The notes under the pieces are model-generated. The model was not told the origin of the DNA. It did not search any database and saw nothing but the letters and a program-made list of their open reading frames with translations. Positions 35,306-44,528 of a stretch of 64,000 nt of DNA are shown one piece after another. Origin of the DNA: Candidatus Woesearchaeota archaeon. GTDB taxonomy: Archaea > Nanobdellota > Nanobdellia > Woesearchaeales > GW2011-AR4. The DNA lies in contig JACPIE010000028.1 of NCBI GenBank assembly GCA_016188245.1, positions 5,704 through 69,703 of the forward strand, read 5' to 3'. A program made the position numbers and the translations under genes. How positions within the stretch are numbered: the first letter of the stretch is position 1; each line of letters starts with the position of its first letter.

Positions 35306-35986
35306 TCATTTAGTTTCTCTTTTTATAAAATTAACAAATTTATAACCGAATTCATTTTGCCTAAACTCGAGATTTGGTTTATGGAAAAAATGATCATATG
35401 GCATAGAACCAGTATTTGCTTCTCTTTTCAATTGTTCAAATGATTCCCCAACCTTTTCGAAAGCCCGACCAATCGAATCAATATCCCTTTGTACTAAGCC
35501 GTGTCCAGACAGCACATTTATCAAGGATTTTTCTCGTGGATTTAAAAAAGATTCATTAATTATAGTATGATCTTCCTCGTAGATACTTAATAGATAGACA
35601 AGTTCTTCCTCAGATAGTCTATCTAAAATATTAAGAAACGAGAGTTTTTCGTCAAAAGAAATTTTCTTTTTATAAGAATTTATTGCCAAATTTAAATATC
35701 TCTTTCGTTTTTCTTCTCTATTCTCAAAAGCTACCTTTTGAACAAGTTCTCGGATAAATTGTATATTTTCCGCAGATTTCCTAGCATCATCAATCATAAA
35801 CAAAACATCGACTTCATTGATAAATTCTTCCCACCACTCTTTATTTCTTTTACTAAGATATTCAAAGCCCTGAACTAGCAAGGCAAAAGATCCTGTTGTT
35901 GCCCCAACAATCCCCCCAAATAGAATGTCTATTATTGGTGCTACAGTCTTAAAGACTTCAATTCCAAACTCTTTTTTCTCATTCAT
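35306..35986 (-). CDS. Hypothetical protein (N-terminal Gly-rich hydrophobic segment, helical body)
   Basis: 226 aa with ATG start; first gene of the minus-strand cassette. No family recognised. Confidence 0.4.
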   Translation of the reverse strand: MNEKKEFGIEVFKTVAPIIDILFGGIVGATTGSFALLVQGFEYLSKRNKEWWEEFINEVDVLFMIDDARKSAENIQFIRELVQKVAFENREEKRKRYLNLAINSYKKKISFDEKLSFLNILDRLSEEELVYLLSIYEEDHTIINESFLNPREKSLINVLSGHGLVQRDIDSIGRAFEKVGESFEQLKREANTGSMPYDHFFHKPNLEFRQNEFGYKFVNFIKRETK

Positions 35987-36158
35987 TTTTATTTAGTTGG
36001 TTTCTAATCCTTTAAAAAGGCTTCCATACATTACACTGAAAATGTTTGACATAACGTTAACAGAGTATGCAAATATGAGAAACTTACCTATCCAAAAATC
36101 AGTAACCTTTAAATTCCCTTATTCATTCTATTTTCTATAGTAAAAGGGATTGATAATC

Positions 36159-36320
36159 ATGCTTGATTGGGATAAAAAGCAATGGAAATTATTCTGGCTA
36201 GGTAGTACTGGATTTTTCATTATAACTGGTGTTTTTGGGATAATGAGTCAAGTTTGGTATACGATTGCAATCTCGGTAATTATGACATCTATCTCAATTA
36301 TACAATATAAAAAAATTTAA
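36159..36320 (+). CDS. Small membrane protein (53 aa, 2 TM), below the ORF-track cutoff
   Basis: ATG 36159, TAA 36318-36320; translates to MLDWDKKQWKLFWLGSTGFFIITGVFGIMSQVWYTIAISVIMTSISIIQYKKI. Ends 2 nt before the next ATG. Confidence 0.25.
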   Translation: MLDWDKKQWKLFWLGSTGFFIITGVFGIMSQVWYTIAISVIMTSISIIQYKKI

Positions 36321-36322
36321 TC

Positions 36323-37429
36323 ATGAGTAAAGAAGAGCTAGATAGGAAAATTTCTGAATTCAGGGATTTTTTAGAGAAAAATAATTTTCCTGTTGTGAAT
36401 TTAATATTTGAAAATTTTCTTAGTGGGAAAATAAAAAACAAATTCTTAGATTTAGTTAAATTATCAAAAAAAGTAGATACCTCAAAACAGGAAAACGAAA
36501 TAAAATTTGATTTAATAAAACTACTCGATAGAATCGTTAGATTAGATCCAACAAGAATTAAGAAATATTATCTTTGGGATATTGCTGTTGAAGAAAAAAC
36601 AGATTTTGTATTTGAGAAATTCCCAGAGGTAAAAGAATTATTGGACGAAGATGGGCTTATTCAAATACCTTACAACTCTGATTTAAATAAGAATGGATTC
36701 AGATACAAGGATAGTTATCTAATTTTTGAGAATGCTTACAGCAGAAATTTTCATCTAACACAATGGTTAATAGAAAATTGGAAAAATAATTTTGTACTAA
36801 AACTTCCGATTAACAAAAACTGTTTAGGAGTTTCTGAAACAAGGAGACAAGTAGAATTACTTTCTCATTGGCAAGGTCCTAAAACAATTAATCAAATTAA
36901 AGAATCTTTAGCGGGAAAGGAATTTGTCGTGAAAGGCCCAAGTTTTTTTGATGCACCTTTGATGGATAAAACAGAGTTCTTATTTAATTCACGAGATAAT
37001 AAGTGGCATTTGCAAATTGAGGAGTTGTTACCTCTAGACGGCATTGAACTTGGAACAATAATTAATTATCAAGACAAAGAACATAAATTTTATACTAGGT
37101 ATCTACATGCAATTACTAACAAAAATCTGTCAGAATGTTTTCATATGGATGGTGGAATAAGAGTTTACAAAACTTATGAAAATTTTGAAAGGAGGAATAA
37201 ATCTGAATTAAAAGATTCTAGCATAACAAGTTACTCAGATAGATATAAATTTTTTAGAGTAGATTCAGAAAGTGGAATTTCATCCTTTCAAGAGATTATT
37301 GGTTTGTTTTTCATAGCAAACCCTTATGTTTTAGAGTTTTTTGATGGAGAAAGTAATTTCACCAAAGATTTAGAAAAAAACAGAACAGGCATTTTAGAAA
37401 TAGATTTTAAGTATAAAAAATTCAATTAA
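36323..37429 (+). CDS. Hypothetical soluble protein, 368 aa
   Basis: Long ATG-initiated ORF in an A+T-rich context where stop codons are frequent. No family recognised. Confidence 0.45.
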   Translation: MSKEELDRKISEFRDFLEKNNFPVVNLIFENFLSGKIKNKFLDLVKLSKKVDTSKQENEIKFDLIKLLDRIVRLDPTRIKKYYLWDIAVEEKTDFVFEKFPEVKELLDEDGLIQIPYNSDLNKNGFRYKDSYLIFENAYSRNFHLTQWLIENWKNNFVLKLPINKNCLGVSETRRQVELLSHWQGPKTINQIKESLAGKEFVVKGPSFFDAPLMDKTEFLFNSRDNKWHLQIEELLPLDGIELGTIINYQDKEHKFYTRYLHAITNKNLSECFHMDGGIRVYKTYENFERRNKSELKDSSITSYSDRYKFFRVDSESGISSFQEIIGLFFIANPYVLEFFDGESNFTKDLEKNRTGILEIDFKYKKFN

Positions 37430-37483
37430 TTAACAAGTTAAATAAAGTAATCCTTAAATACATATTGATATTTGTAAAAATTT

Positions 37484-38407
37484 ATGAATAATATAATAAT
37501 AAATGCTTCGAATGGAATCAACGCTTCTATATCTATTTTAAACAACAATCCACCTATAAATTATTCTATAATAGAAAGTATAGCAAATAATGCTGTTTCA
37601 ACTTTAACAAGTGCTAATACGGCTTTTATTGATCCTTACTGGTTTTATAGTGCCGCTGCACAATCTGCCGCAGCAATTGTTGGTCTTATGGGTGCTTTCT
37701 TAACCACTAAAATCATAAGTATACATAGTCAGAAAAAACAATTAAAACAGAATATTTCGACTTACAAAAATCAGATAGAGTTTATAGAAAAAGAAATAAA
37801 ACCATTTCAAGAATGGATAAAAAAAATTGATGAGGATGAAGAAAGAAAAAATGTTATAAAATTCTTGGATGAAATAAAAGAAACAATAAATCTAGATAAT
37901 CCCCCAGAGTTTGAATCAATTCTGAAAGAAGCAAGAGAATCTGAAGATTTTAAAGACATCAGTGAAGAAATTCTAAAAGAAGAGTACAATGAAGAATTTT
38001 TTAATTCAGTAAGAAACTATCGCCGTACGCCACCTTTTGCTAGGGGACTCTCTAACTTATTCACTTCAAATTTAGACGCAACTAGAGATAAATGGAATAG
38101 GTATCGAGAATATTCTGATTATATAGATAAAAAATTAGTAGAAGTTGAATCACTCAAAAAATTAATTTCCATAAAAGAAGATGAAATAAAAAGTCTAGTA
38201 ACACTAAAGGAGTTAAGAGATAACATTTTTTCACTAATAATATTTTCTATATTGGGTGTTGTTGTCCCATTAACTTTATTAATGTTGAATTATGAGACAA
38301 TGCTTAAATGGCGATTAATCGTTCTTGCTCTTTTTATTTTTGGATTAAGTCTTGTTGTTGTTACTATTAGCAATGAAATAAGAAAAATATTTTCAAGCAA
38401 ATATTGA
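37484..38407 (+). CDS. Hypothetical membrane protein: TM - long coiled coil - two C-terminal TM segments
   Basis: 307 aa; hydrophobic AAAQSAAAIVGLMGAFLTTKII, an E/K-rich heptad-like middle, and a C-terminal LIIFSILGVVVPLTLLML / LIVLALFIFGLSLVVV. Confidence 0.4.
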   Translation: MNNIIINASNGINASISILNNNPPINYSIIESIANNAVSTLTSANTAFIDPYWFYSAAAQSAAAIVGLMGAFLTTKIISIHSQKKQLKQNISTYKNQIEFIEKEIKPFQEWIKKIDEDEERKNVIKFLDEIKETINLDNPPEFESILKEARESEDFKDISEEILKEEYNEEFFNSVRNYRRTPPFARGLSNLFTSNLDATRDKWNRYREYSDYIDKKLVEVESLKKLISIKEDEIKSLVTLKELRDNIFSLIIFSILGVVVPLTLLMLNYETMLKWRLIVLALFIFGLSLVVVTISNEIRKIFSSKY

Positions 38408-38427
38408 TACATAAAACAAATAAATAG

Positions 38428-38525
38428 TCTAACCTCATTATCCGTTAGTCTTTCTTTCTCTTAAGAGAAACAGTAATCGAAGGGGCGCAGAAAAAGTGAA
38501 TATAACACTAGTTTCACGAACTTTT
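38428..38525 (-). repeat. Right (compact) copy of the block-conserved inverted element
   Basis: Reverse complements of blocks D (38428-38443), C (38483-38497), B (38498-38508) and A (38511-38525). The C-D spacer contains a 16-nt perfect palindrome TTTCTCTTAAGAGAAA (38455-38470). Confidence 0.5.
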
Positions 38526-38557
38526 ACTTTATTTTCATACGTAAATTTTCCATTTTT

Positions 38558-40768
38558 CTAACTCTCCTTATACTCCCCTTCGACAACGTCCTTTATCTGC
38601 TTTGCCTTTAAAGGGCCTATCTTGCCGACTTCCTGCAGCTCCTTTTCAGAGGCATTCACAATGTTTTTTATTGTCTTGAAATGCTTCAGCAAGGGCTTTG
38701 CCAAAGTAAGGTTTATGCCGGGCAGCGAGCTTACAAAATACTCCTGCTGCTCTTTTAATGTGGCTGGCTTTCTGTCGGCATGCAGGCTGAAGTCCTTGCC
38801 CGTTTCGTCCTGCTCCCTTCTTGCTATTATCTGCAGCAAGGCAGCAGTTTCCTTAGAGCTTCTTGTCTGCACAATCGGGATGCCGTAGCTTACGGCAATC
38901 GTGGCAAGCATACCCAGGATTGAATTTTGATGCACGTTCCTCACGCTGTAGATGTCTTGGTTTCCTTCTATGACCACCATGGGCCTTTCAAAATTATTCT
39001 TGAGATTTTTTATCTGCTCAAGCAGCCTTCCGTCAATTATGCTGTCAACAAAATCGTGCACTGCTTTGACTTCAATGCCGCACCTTGAAGAAACAATATA
39101 ATCCGCATAATCCAGCTTTTCCAGGCTTATGGAAACATCATTTTCAGCAAGCTCTTTTAAAATGCCGCTTCCCTTTTCCCTATAGTCGGCAAATATCCTT
39201 AACCTGCCGGCGAACCTGTTCACCGGAACCTCTTTTTTAACATTCAATGAAAGATTCAGCTTTTTCCTCAAATTTTCCAGGTGCCTGTGCATCTTCTTTT
39301 CATTATGGTGCGCAACCCACCTGTAGGCTTCATCTCTTGTGCCTTCTGCCATAAGAATAATGACTCTGCCCTTATCCTGCCTTCCTGTCCTGCCTCTCCT
39401 CTGTATGCTCCTTATCGCGCTTGGAATAGGCTCGTAAAAAATAACCAAGTCCACTTTTGGAATATCCAGCCCTTCCTCCCCGATTGAAGTTGCCACAATG
39501 ACATTAAACAAGCCCTGCCTGAAATCGTCAAGCATCTGCTTCTGCTCTTTCTGGCTCAATCCAGTGTCATTTTTTTTCTGCTGCCCGACAAAAATATTGG
39601 CCTTGACGTTTGGAATCATGTTAAGCTTTCTCATAACATCAAGGGCGTTATCCCTGTATTGGTTGAAAATCATTATTTTTACATTTTCATTTTGCCTGAC
39701 TTCATTTTCGACAATATTCTGCAGCTCTATCAGCTTCGGGTGCTCTACTTTTTCCTCGTGCAAAATCCTTGCCTTGACCATCGCAGACTTGAAGTTTGAA
39801 TCGCCCATTACGGATTTTATCGCCTTGGTTTTGCCTGTCCTTGATTCGGCGATAAGCTTTTCAAAGTACTTGTGCAGCGCGGCAATTCCCTGGCTTTCAA
39901 GCAACTCCAGGGCATGATGCACCTTCATCATTTCAGCAAGCAAGGAAATTGAGTTCCATACAACAAAATCCTTTTCGCCGGAAGATATCTTTCCTCTCAG
40001 CTCAGCCTGCAGCTGCAGCAAGTCAGACTTTGAGGCAAACTTGGAATTCTGCCTCTGCAGGATGCCCCATTGCCTGAGCTTTTCAAACCTCTCTTTCAAA
40101 AACAGCAGCAAAAATTTTTGTATGTCTATGAATACCTTTGGAAGCTTAACTTTGACCCAGTCTATCTGCATCTCCTGTATGTACGGCTTTACATCAGGAT
40201 CTTCGTCAGTCCTTACTTCAATTCCCTCAATGAAAAGATTCCTGCAGACATCCTCTATCTTGGCCATATCGCTTCCGGGAGAGGCTGTCAAGGCAATTAT
40301 CCTCGGAAATCTTGAAAGCTTCATGAACTGCTTCGCGACAAAAACATAAGAATAATCCCCAACAGCGCGATGGGCCTCGTCAATCCCAAGCAGGCAAACT
40401 TCTTCAAGATTTATCCTGCTGCTTATTATGTCATTTTCCAGGCCTTGGGGAGTTGAGAAAATTATTTTTGATTTGCCCCAGAGCTCCTGCCTTTTTTCCG
40501 GGCTTACCATTCCTGTAAAAACTGCCATATCACTGCCATCGATGACAAAATGCTCCCTGAAAACATTTATGTACTGCTCAATCAAGGGTTTTGTGGGGCC
40601 TATGAAAAGCACCTTTGAATTCGGATACTGCTTGAGCCTTTGCGCAGCAAGCATAAGGAAAATGTTGGTCTTGCCCATGCCTGTAGGCAGCACAACCAAA
40701 GTGTTCTTTTCAGCGGCTGTTGCAAGAATTGTCTGCTGGTACAGCCTTGGCTCAAAGTTCTTAATCAT
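38558..40768 (-). CDS. hef: Hef: helicase-associated endonuclease for fork-structured DNA (SF2 helicase + ERCC4 nuclease + HhH2)
   Basis: LPTGMGKT, GIDEAHRAVG, TSIGEEGLDIP, QRRGRTGR, then ERCC4 YADYIVSSRCGIEVK and the C-terminal LPGINLTLAKPLL HhH pair. Track start is TTG; ATG is at 40766-40768. Confidence 0.85.
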   Translation of the reverse strand: MIKNFEPRLYQQTILATAAEKNTLVVLPTGMGKTNIFLMLAAQRLKQYPNSKVLFIGPTKPLIEQYINVFREHFVIDGSDMAVFTGMVSPEKRQELWGKSKIIFSTPQGLENDIISSRINLEEVCLLGIDEAHRAVGDYSYVFVAKQFMKLSRFPRIIALTASPGSDMAKIEDVCRNLFIEGIEVRTDEDPDVKPYIQEMQIDWVKVKLPKVFIDIQKFLLLFLKERFEKLRQWGILQRQNSKFASKSDLLQLQAELRGKISSGEKDFVVWNSISLLAEMMKVHHALELLESQGIAALHKYFEKLIAESRTGKTKAIKSVMGDSNFKSAMVKARILHEEKVEHPKLIELQNIVENEVRQNENVKIMIFNQYRDNALDVMRKLNMIPNVKANIFVGQQKKNDTGLSQKEQKQMLDDFRQGLFNVIVATSIGEEGLDIPKVDLVIFYEPIPSAIRSIQRRGRTGRQDKGRVIILMAEGTRDEAYRWVAHHNEKKMHRHLENLRKKLNLSLNVKKEVPVNRFAGRLRIFADYREKGSGILKELAENDVSISLEKLDYADYIVSSRCGIEVKAVHDFVDSIIDGRLLEQIKNLKNNFERPMVVIEGNQDIYSVRNVHQNSILGMLATIAVSYGIPIVQTRSSKETAALLQIIARREQDETGKDFSLHADRKPATLKEQQEYFVSSLPGINLTLAKPLLKHFKTIKNIVNASEKELQEVGKIGPLKAKQIKDVVEGEYKES

Positions 40769-40808
40769 GGAAAAAGAGGGTGTTTCCGGATTTAAATATC
40801 TATTGCAG

Positions 40809-41585
40809 TCATCTCTGTATTTCAACAGTCAAAACCGCTTTTCTAACTCCTGAAGCAGGCCAATAGCTCGTTATTTTAGTCTCGTCCTTCATTGTAAACT
40901 CCCTTGTTATAGGCTGCTCGCCTTTCAGCTTGTAGTTGATGTCCTGAAAAGGCCCTTTTATATCTATGCCTGCAAAATAGATTGAGCTGTCCCTGAATTT
41001 GAAGCTTATTTTCACTTTATCGCCAATTTTTGCCTTTATAGTGCTTGGGTAAAAGCCATTGTCATCGGATTCTACTGTAAACTCTGCAATGCCCTGCGGC
41101 ATCTCCTGCTTTGGAGGCACATAATCAGATTCAACATCAATAGTGATTGCTTTAGTCACTTTTGGGCTTAACGAGGAATGGTTGCTTTGGACAAGCTCGG
41201 CCACTATGGTGTGTTTTCCTGAAACAATGTTATCAAAAGAGATTATGCTGTCAGCCGTGACTCTTTTATCGCTGTCGAGCCACACATGAAAGTGGCCTTC
41301 TCCCTTTCTTGGAGGCTTGCCTATCTCAACAATCCTGAAGTTTGAAGCGCTTACATTGACAGCTACTGTGCTGTTCTTTATAATGCTGCCATCTTTCGGA
41401 AATATTATCCTAATTTCCGGATTTTGGGCAGTTTCCTCAGTATCATTAATCTCTATCTTTGTAGTCCTCATGTATGCATTGTCTTTGATGACTCTTTCAA
41501 TGGAAGAATCTTCTATCCTGACGGACTCTTCGGAGCATGCAGCCAGCAAGGCAAATGCCATAAAAAAAGCAAAAAAATATCTCAT
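40809..41585 (-). CDS. Secreted lipoprotein, DUF4399-like + cupredoxin-like C-terminal domain
   Basis: Signal/lipobox FALLAAC; GEGHFHVWLD resembles DUF4399; C-terminal beta-rich segment. Confidence 0.45.
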   Translation of the reverse strand: MRYFFAFFMAFALLAACSEESVRIEDSSIERVIKDNAYMRTTKIEINDTEETAQNPEIRIIFPKDGSIIKNSTVAVNVSASNFRIVEIGKPPRKGEGHFHVWLDSDKRVTADSIISFDNIVSGKHTIVAELVQSNHSSLSPKVTKAITIDVESDYVPPKQEMPQGIAEFTVESDDNGFYPSTIKAKIGDKVKISFKFRDSSIYFAGIDIKGPFQDINYKLKGEQPITREFTMKDETKITSYWPASGVRKAVLTVEIQR

Positions 41586-41586
41586 T

Positions 41587-41910
41587 TTAGAATCTTATAT
41601 CCTTCAAAATTTTCTTGTTATACAGGCTGTAGCTTAAAATTGCGCCTATGACAAACAGCATGATCATCAGCCTTTTGTTTCCGTAATACACCCCTATCAG
41701 GTAGCCTATCACAAAGCCGGCAATAATGAGGAGATAAGGCAGCTGCATCTTGTTCTTCCTTTCATAAATCAGCCTTCCTGCAAACATCCCAACAAAGAAT
41801 ATGATGAAATAGCTTATGGCTGCGCTTGGCGATGCCAAGGCAACAATCATGCCCAAAGCCATGAGCACAACGAAAAAAAACTCCATCCAGTTCTTGTAAA
41901 ATTCAAACAT
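41587..41910 (-). CDS. Small membrane protein (3 TM)
   Basis: Start set to ATG 41908-41910, which removes the overlap with the upstream gene. Confidence 0.35.
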   Translation of the reverse strand: MFEFYKNWMEFFFVVLMALGMIVALASPSAAISYFIIFFVGMFAGRLIYERKNKMQLPYLLIIAGFVIGYLIGVYYGNKRLMIMLFVIGAILSYSLYNKKILKDIRF

Positions 41911-41914
41911 AAAT

Positions 41915-42673
41915 TCACCTTGGGCCCGGATAAGCCCTGTTCTCAAAGCTTATGTAATATGCCAGCCATAATGCAATTCCGACCAAAAAGGAAATAACCA
42001 AAGACAGGAATATCGGGACTTTAGTTATCATAAGTACGGCTGCAACTATTATTGCAGGCAGTGAAAATGCGTAAAGCATCCTGCTCCCAAAATAAATTTT
42101 GCTTCCGTCAAATGGAGGCAGAGGCAATAGGCATGTTATTATATAAATTACATTGAAGATTATTGCCTTTTCTATAAGCGGGTTGGAGGAGAAAACACTC
42201 AAAATTTTAAGCAATATCAGGAGCATCAATGAGAACAAAGGACCTGCGAGCGCAATCATGGCCTGACCGAAGTAATTAATCCCGTACCTGAACCAGCCCA
42301 AGCGAGGGCCGGCAAGATGGTGAATCATAAAACCTCCGGGCATTATGAACCATAAGCTCCCATTGCTGATGAATGCCAATACCAATGCAATGATTAGTCC
42401 AAAAGTCCACATCTTGAACTCAACCCTGTAGCCTATTGCAAGCCCCCAAAGCCTTTGCCCCATATCATGGACAAGGATAGACAATGCAGCAATAAGGACT
42501 GCATTAAAAAGATTGAAAAGTCCATCAGCCAAATCAAATGATGATGTGCCCCACTCCTTGAATGATATGATGAAAGCAATGACAAGTATGGATATTGTTA
42601 ATCCTCTTACCTCATAAGGCGTAAGCTTGTAAAATCTCTTTACTTTGTCTATATAGTCGACTATCTCTCCCAT
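41915..42673 (-). CDS. Polytopic membrane protein, site-2-protease (M50)-like with degenerate metal motif
   Basis: The HExxH position reads VHDMGQR; a later LPLPPFDGSKI resembles the M50 LDG motif. Confidence 0.35.
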   Translation of the reverse strand: MGEIVDYIDKVKRFYKLTPYEVRGLTISILVIAFIISFKEWGTSSFDLADGLFNLFNAVLIAALSILVHDMGQRLWGLAIGYRVEFKMWTFGLIIALVLAFISNGSLWFIMPGGFMIHHLAGPRLGWFRYGINYFGQAMIALAGPLFSLMLLILLKILSVFSSNPLIEKAIIFNVIYIITCLLPLPPFDGSKIYFGSRMLYAFSLPAIIVAAVLMITKVPIFLSLVISFLVGIALWLAYYISFENRAYPGPR

Positions 42674-42715
42674 ACCAACTCAATTCAAAATAATGTATTT
42701 AAATATATCGGAATG

Positions 42716-43381
42716 TCATGCATCTTTTACCAGCCCAAGCACTTCATCAATATGGCCTGCCCCCAAAATCACAAGAATCTTCTTGTCCGGCTCGGCATCC
42801 ATGAGCTTTTTCAGCTTATTTGCGATGACAGCATTCCTTTCCTCAATCAGCACCTTGTAAACATTCGGATAGCGCTCTTTTAATTTGCCTGTCAGCTTTT
42901 TTATTATTTTTTTGTCCGGGACAGTTGCCAGGTCAAAATCCACCCTTTCTTTTTTCAGGAGCAATGCCTTTAAGATATCGGCAATGAAATTCATCTTTTC
43001 TTTCCAGGTTATCGAGCCTGAAAATCTTTTTAGGGTTGTTTCTATGTCCTGGTCTACAAGTGCAATCCTGATGTTTTCTTTTCTGGCAATCCTTATTGCC
43101 TGCTTCATTTCAGAGCCCGGAGCGACCCCGACAAGATTGCCGAGCTTCTTTTCAGCCCATGCCCCAAATAATGAAAAAAGAAATCCCTTGAGCCCAATCT
43201 TTTTTATGATTTTGACTTCAAACTTTCTTTGCCCATTGCTCATGAGGGCATTGATTCTCTTCGCATCAAGCTCCAGCGCAATAATCCCGGGCTTTTCCGA
43301 TTCTATGTTTCTTTTGACTTCATCAAGGCTCTGCTTTGCTATATGGGAGGTCCCCAAGAACACCAGATTTTTGTATCTCAT
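42716..43381 (-). CDS. TraB/PrgY family protein
   Basis: FLGTSHIAKQSLDEV, PGIIALELD and VILGAGHI are typical of the TraB family. Confidence 0.7.
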   Translation of the reverse strand: MRYKNLVFLGTSHIAKQSLDEVKRNIESEKPGIIALELDAKRINALMSNGQRKFEVKIIKKIGLKGFLFSLFGAWAEKKLGNLVGVAPGSEMKQAIRIARKENIRIALVDQDIETTLKRFSGSITWKEKMNFIADILKALLLKKERVDFDLATVPDKKIIKKLTGKLKERYPNVYKVLIEERNAVIANKLKKLMDAEPDKKILVILGAGHIDEVLGLVKDA

Positions 43382-43483
43382 AAGTTACCAGAAAACAGCA
43401 CTTTTTATAAAACCTATCCAAAAGATTTATATACTTGGCAGTAGATAAAATGGAAGTTAATTAAAACAATAAAGGTGATCTGA

Positions 43484-43783
43484 ATGCTGAAGATGAAAAA
43501 GATAAGCGAGACTTTTGATATGAGGGTTTTTACCGATAATGGAGAATATTTTGGGGATGTTGAAGAAAGCATATTGACCCAGAACAAGGTGTTCGGATGG
43601 AGGGTAAGGGCAACAAAGAATTCTTTCCTTAACAAAGTTTTAGGAAGCGCAAAAGGCGTCATTGTCCCTCACCAGCTTGTCAAGAGCATTGGCGACATCA
43701 TGATAATAAGCAAGGCTGCTGTGCCTTCCTACAGTGAAGGAGAATCTGAATCAAAAGGAAAATCTGCAAAGGATGAAGATTAA
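43484..43783 (+). CDS. PRC-barrel domain protein
   Basis: FDMRVFTDNGEYFGDVEESILTQNKVFGWRV fits the PRC-barrel pattern. Confidence 0.5.
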   Translation: MLKMKKISETFDMRVFTDNGEYFGDVEESILTQNKVFGWRVRATKNSFLNKVLGSAKGVIVPHQLVKSIGDIMIISKAAVPSYSEGESESKGKSAKDED

Positions 43784-43786
43784 TTA

Positions 43787-44104
43787 TTAAAAGCTTAAAA
43801 CCCTTGCATTGCAGTAAGGGCAGTTCTTTGGCTTCTTGGTTTCTGGGTCTATCTTGAATTTATACCCGCATGAGCTGCATTTGTGGGAAATTTTAGCATC
43901 TGTTTCAGCCTCAGCATGCCTTTGCTCTGGCTTGTGGAAAACTTCTTTTTCAATCTCTTTATGAATGCTTTTGTTTTTGATGCAGTCCGGGCATATCATC
44001 TTTTTCTCATCAAAGTCAAGCTTCAGGGAGGAAGCAGTCACTTTATTGCCGCATTTCCTGCACGGAACCATCACATCTTCCTGCTTTGGCTTTAGCCATT
44101 CCAC
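43787..44104 (-). CDS. Double zinc-ribbon protein
   Basis: Cys pairs CRKC..CPDC and CSSC..CPYC; paralog of the next gene. Confidence 0.45.
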   Translation of the reverse strand: MEWLKPKQEDVMVPCRKCGNKVTASSLKLDFDEKKMICPDCIKNKSIHKEIEKEVFHKPEQRHAEAETDAKISHKCSSCGYKFKIDPETKKPKNCPYCNARVLSF

Positions 44105-44107
44105 AAG

Positions 44108-44392
44108 TTAGTCACCCTTCATCTTGGCAACATCAGCCATTATCCTGGCTACGCTGCCTTTGACCATCAAAGATCCTGAATCGCAGTATGGGCAAGTGCT
44201 TATAACAAGATGCTTCGCCCTTTTAAAGCTGTACTTGCATGATTTGCAGAAGTATTCTTTCATAGGACTTTCTTGTTTTTGCTGCTTAGGCTCGGCAGTT
44301 TTTGCCGAAACGCCCTTTTGCACAGGCTTTCTCTCAATGCAGCTCCTGCACATCAAGCTCTTGCCGTCAGGAGCCATGCGCATCATTGACAT
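44108..44392 (-). CDS. Double zinc-ribbon protein (paralog)
   Basis: CRSC and CKSC..CPYC; same C-terminal architecture as 43787-44104. Confidence 0.45.
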   Translation of the reverse strand: MSMMRMAPDGKSLMCRSCIERKPVQKGVSAKTAEPKQQKQESPMKEYFCKSCKYSFKRAKHLVISTCPYCDSGSLMVKGSVARIMADVAKMKGD

Positions 44393-44528
44393 TTCATATT
44401 CATTGCCGCATTTACGGCACTTTATCCTGATTTCAGTGTTTTTTTCTATTTTCCATCACCGTTTTAAAAACAAAAATTCATTTCCATGCCTAATATTTAA
44501 ATATTATTGTTTAATACCGCAAGTTTAT

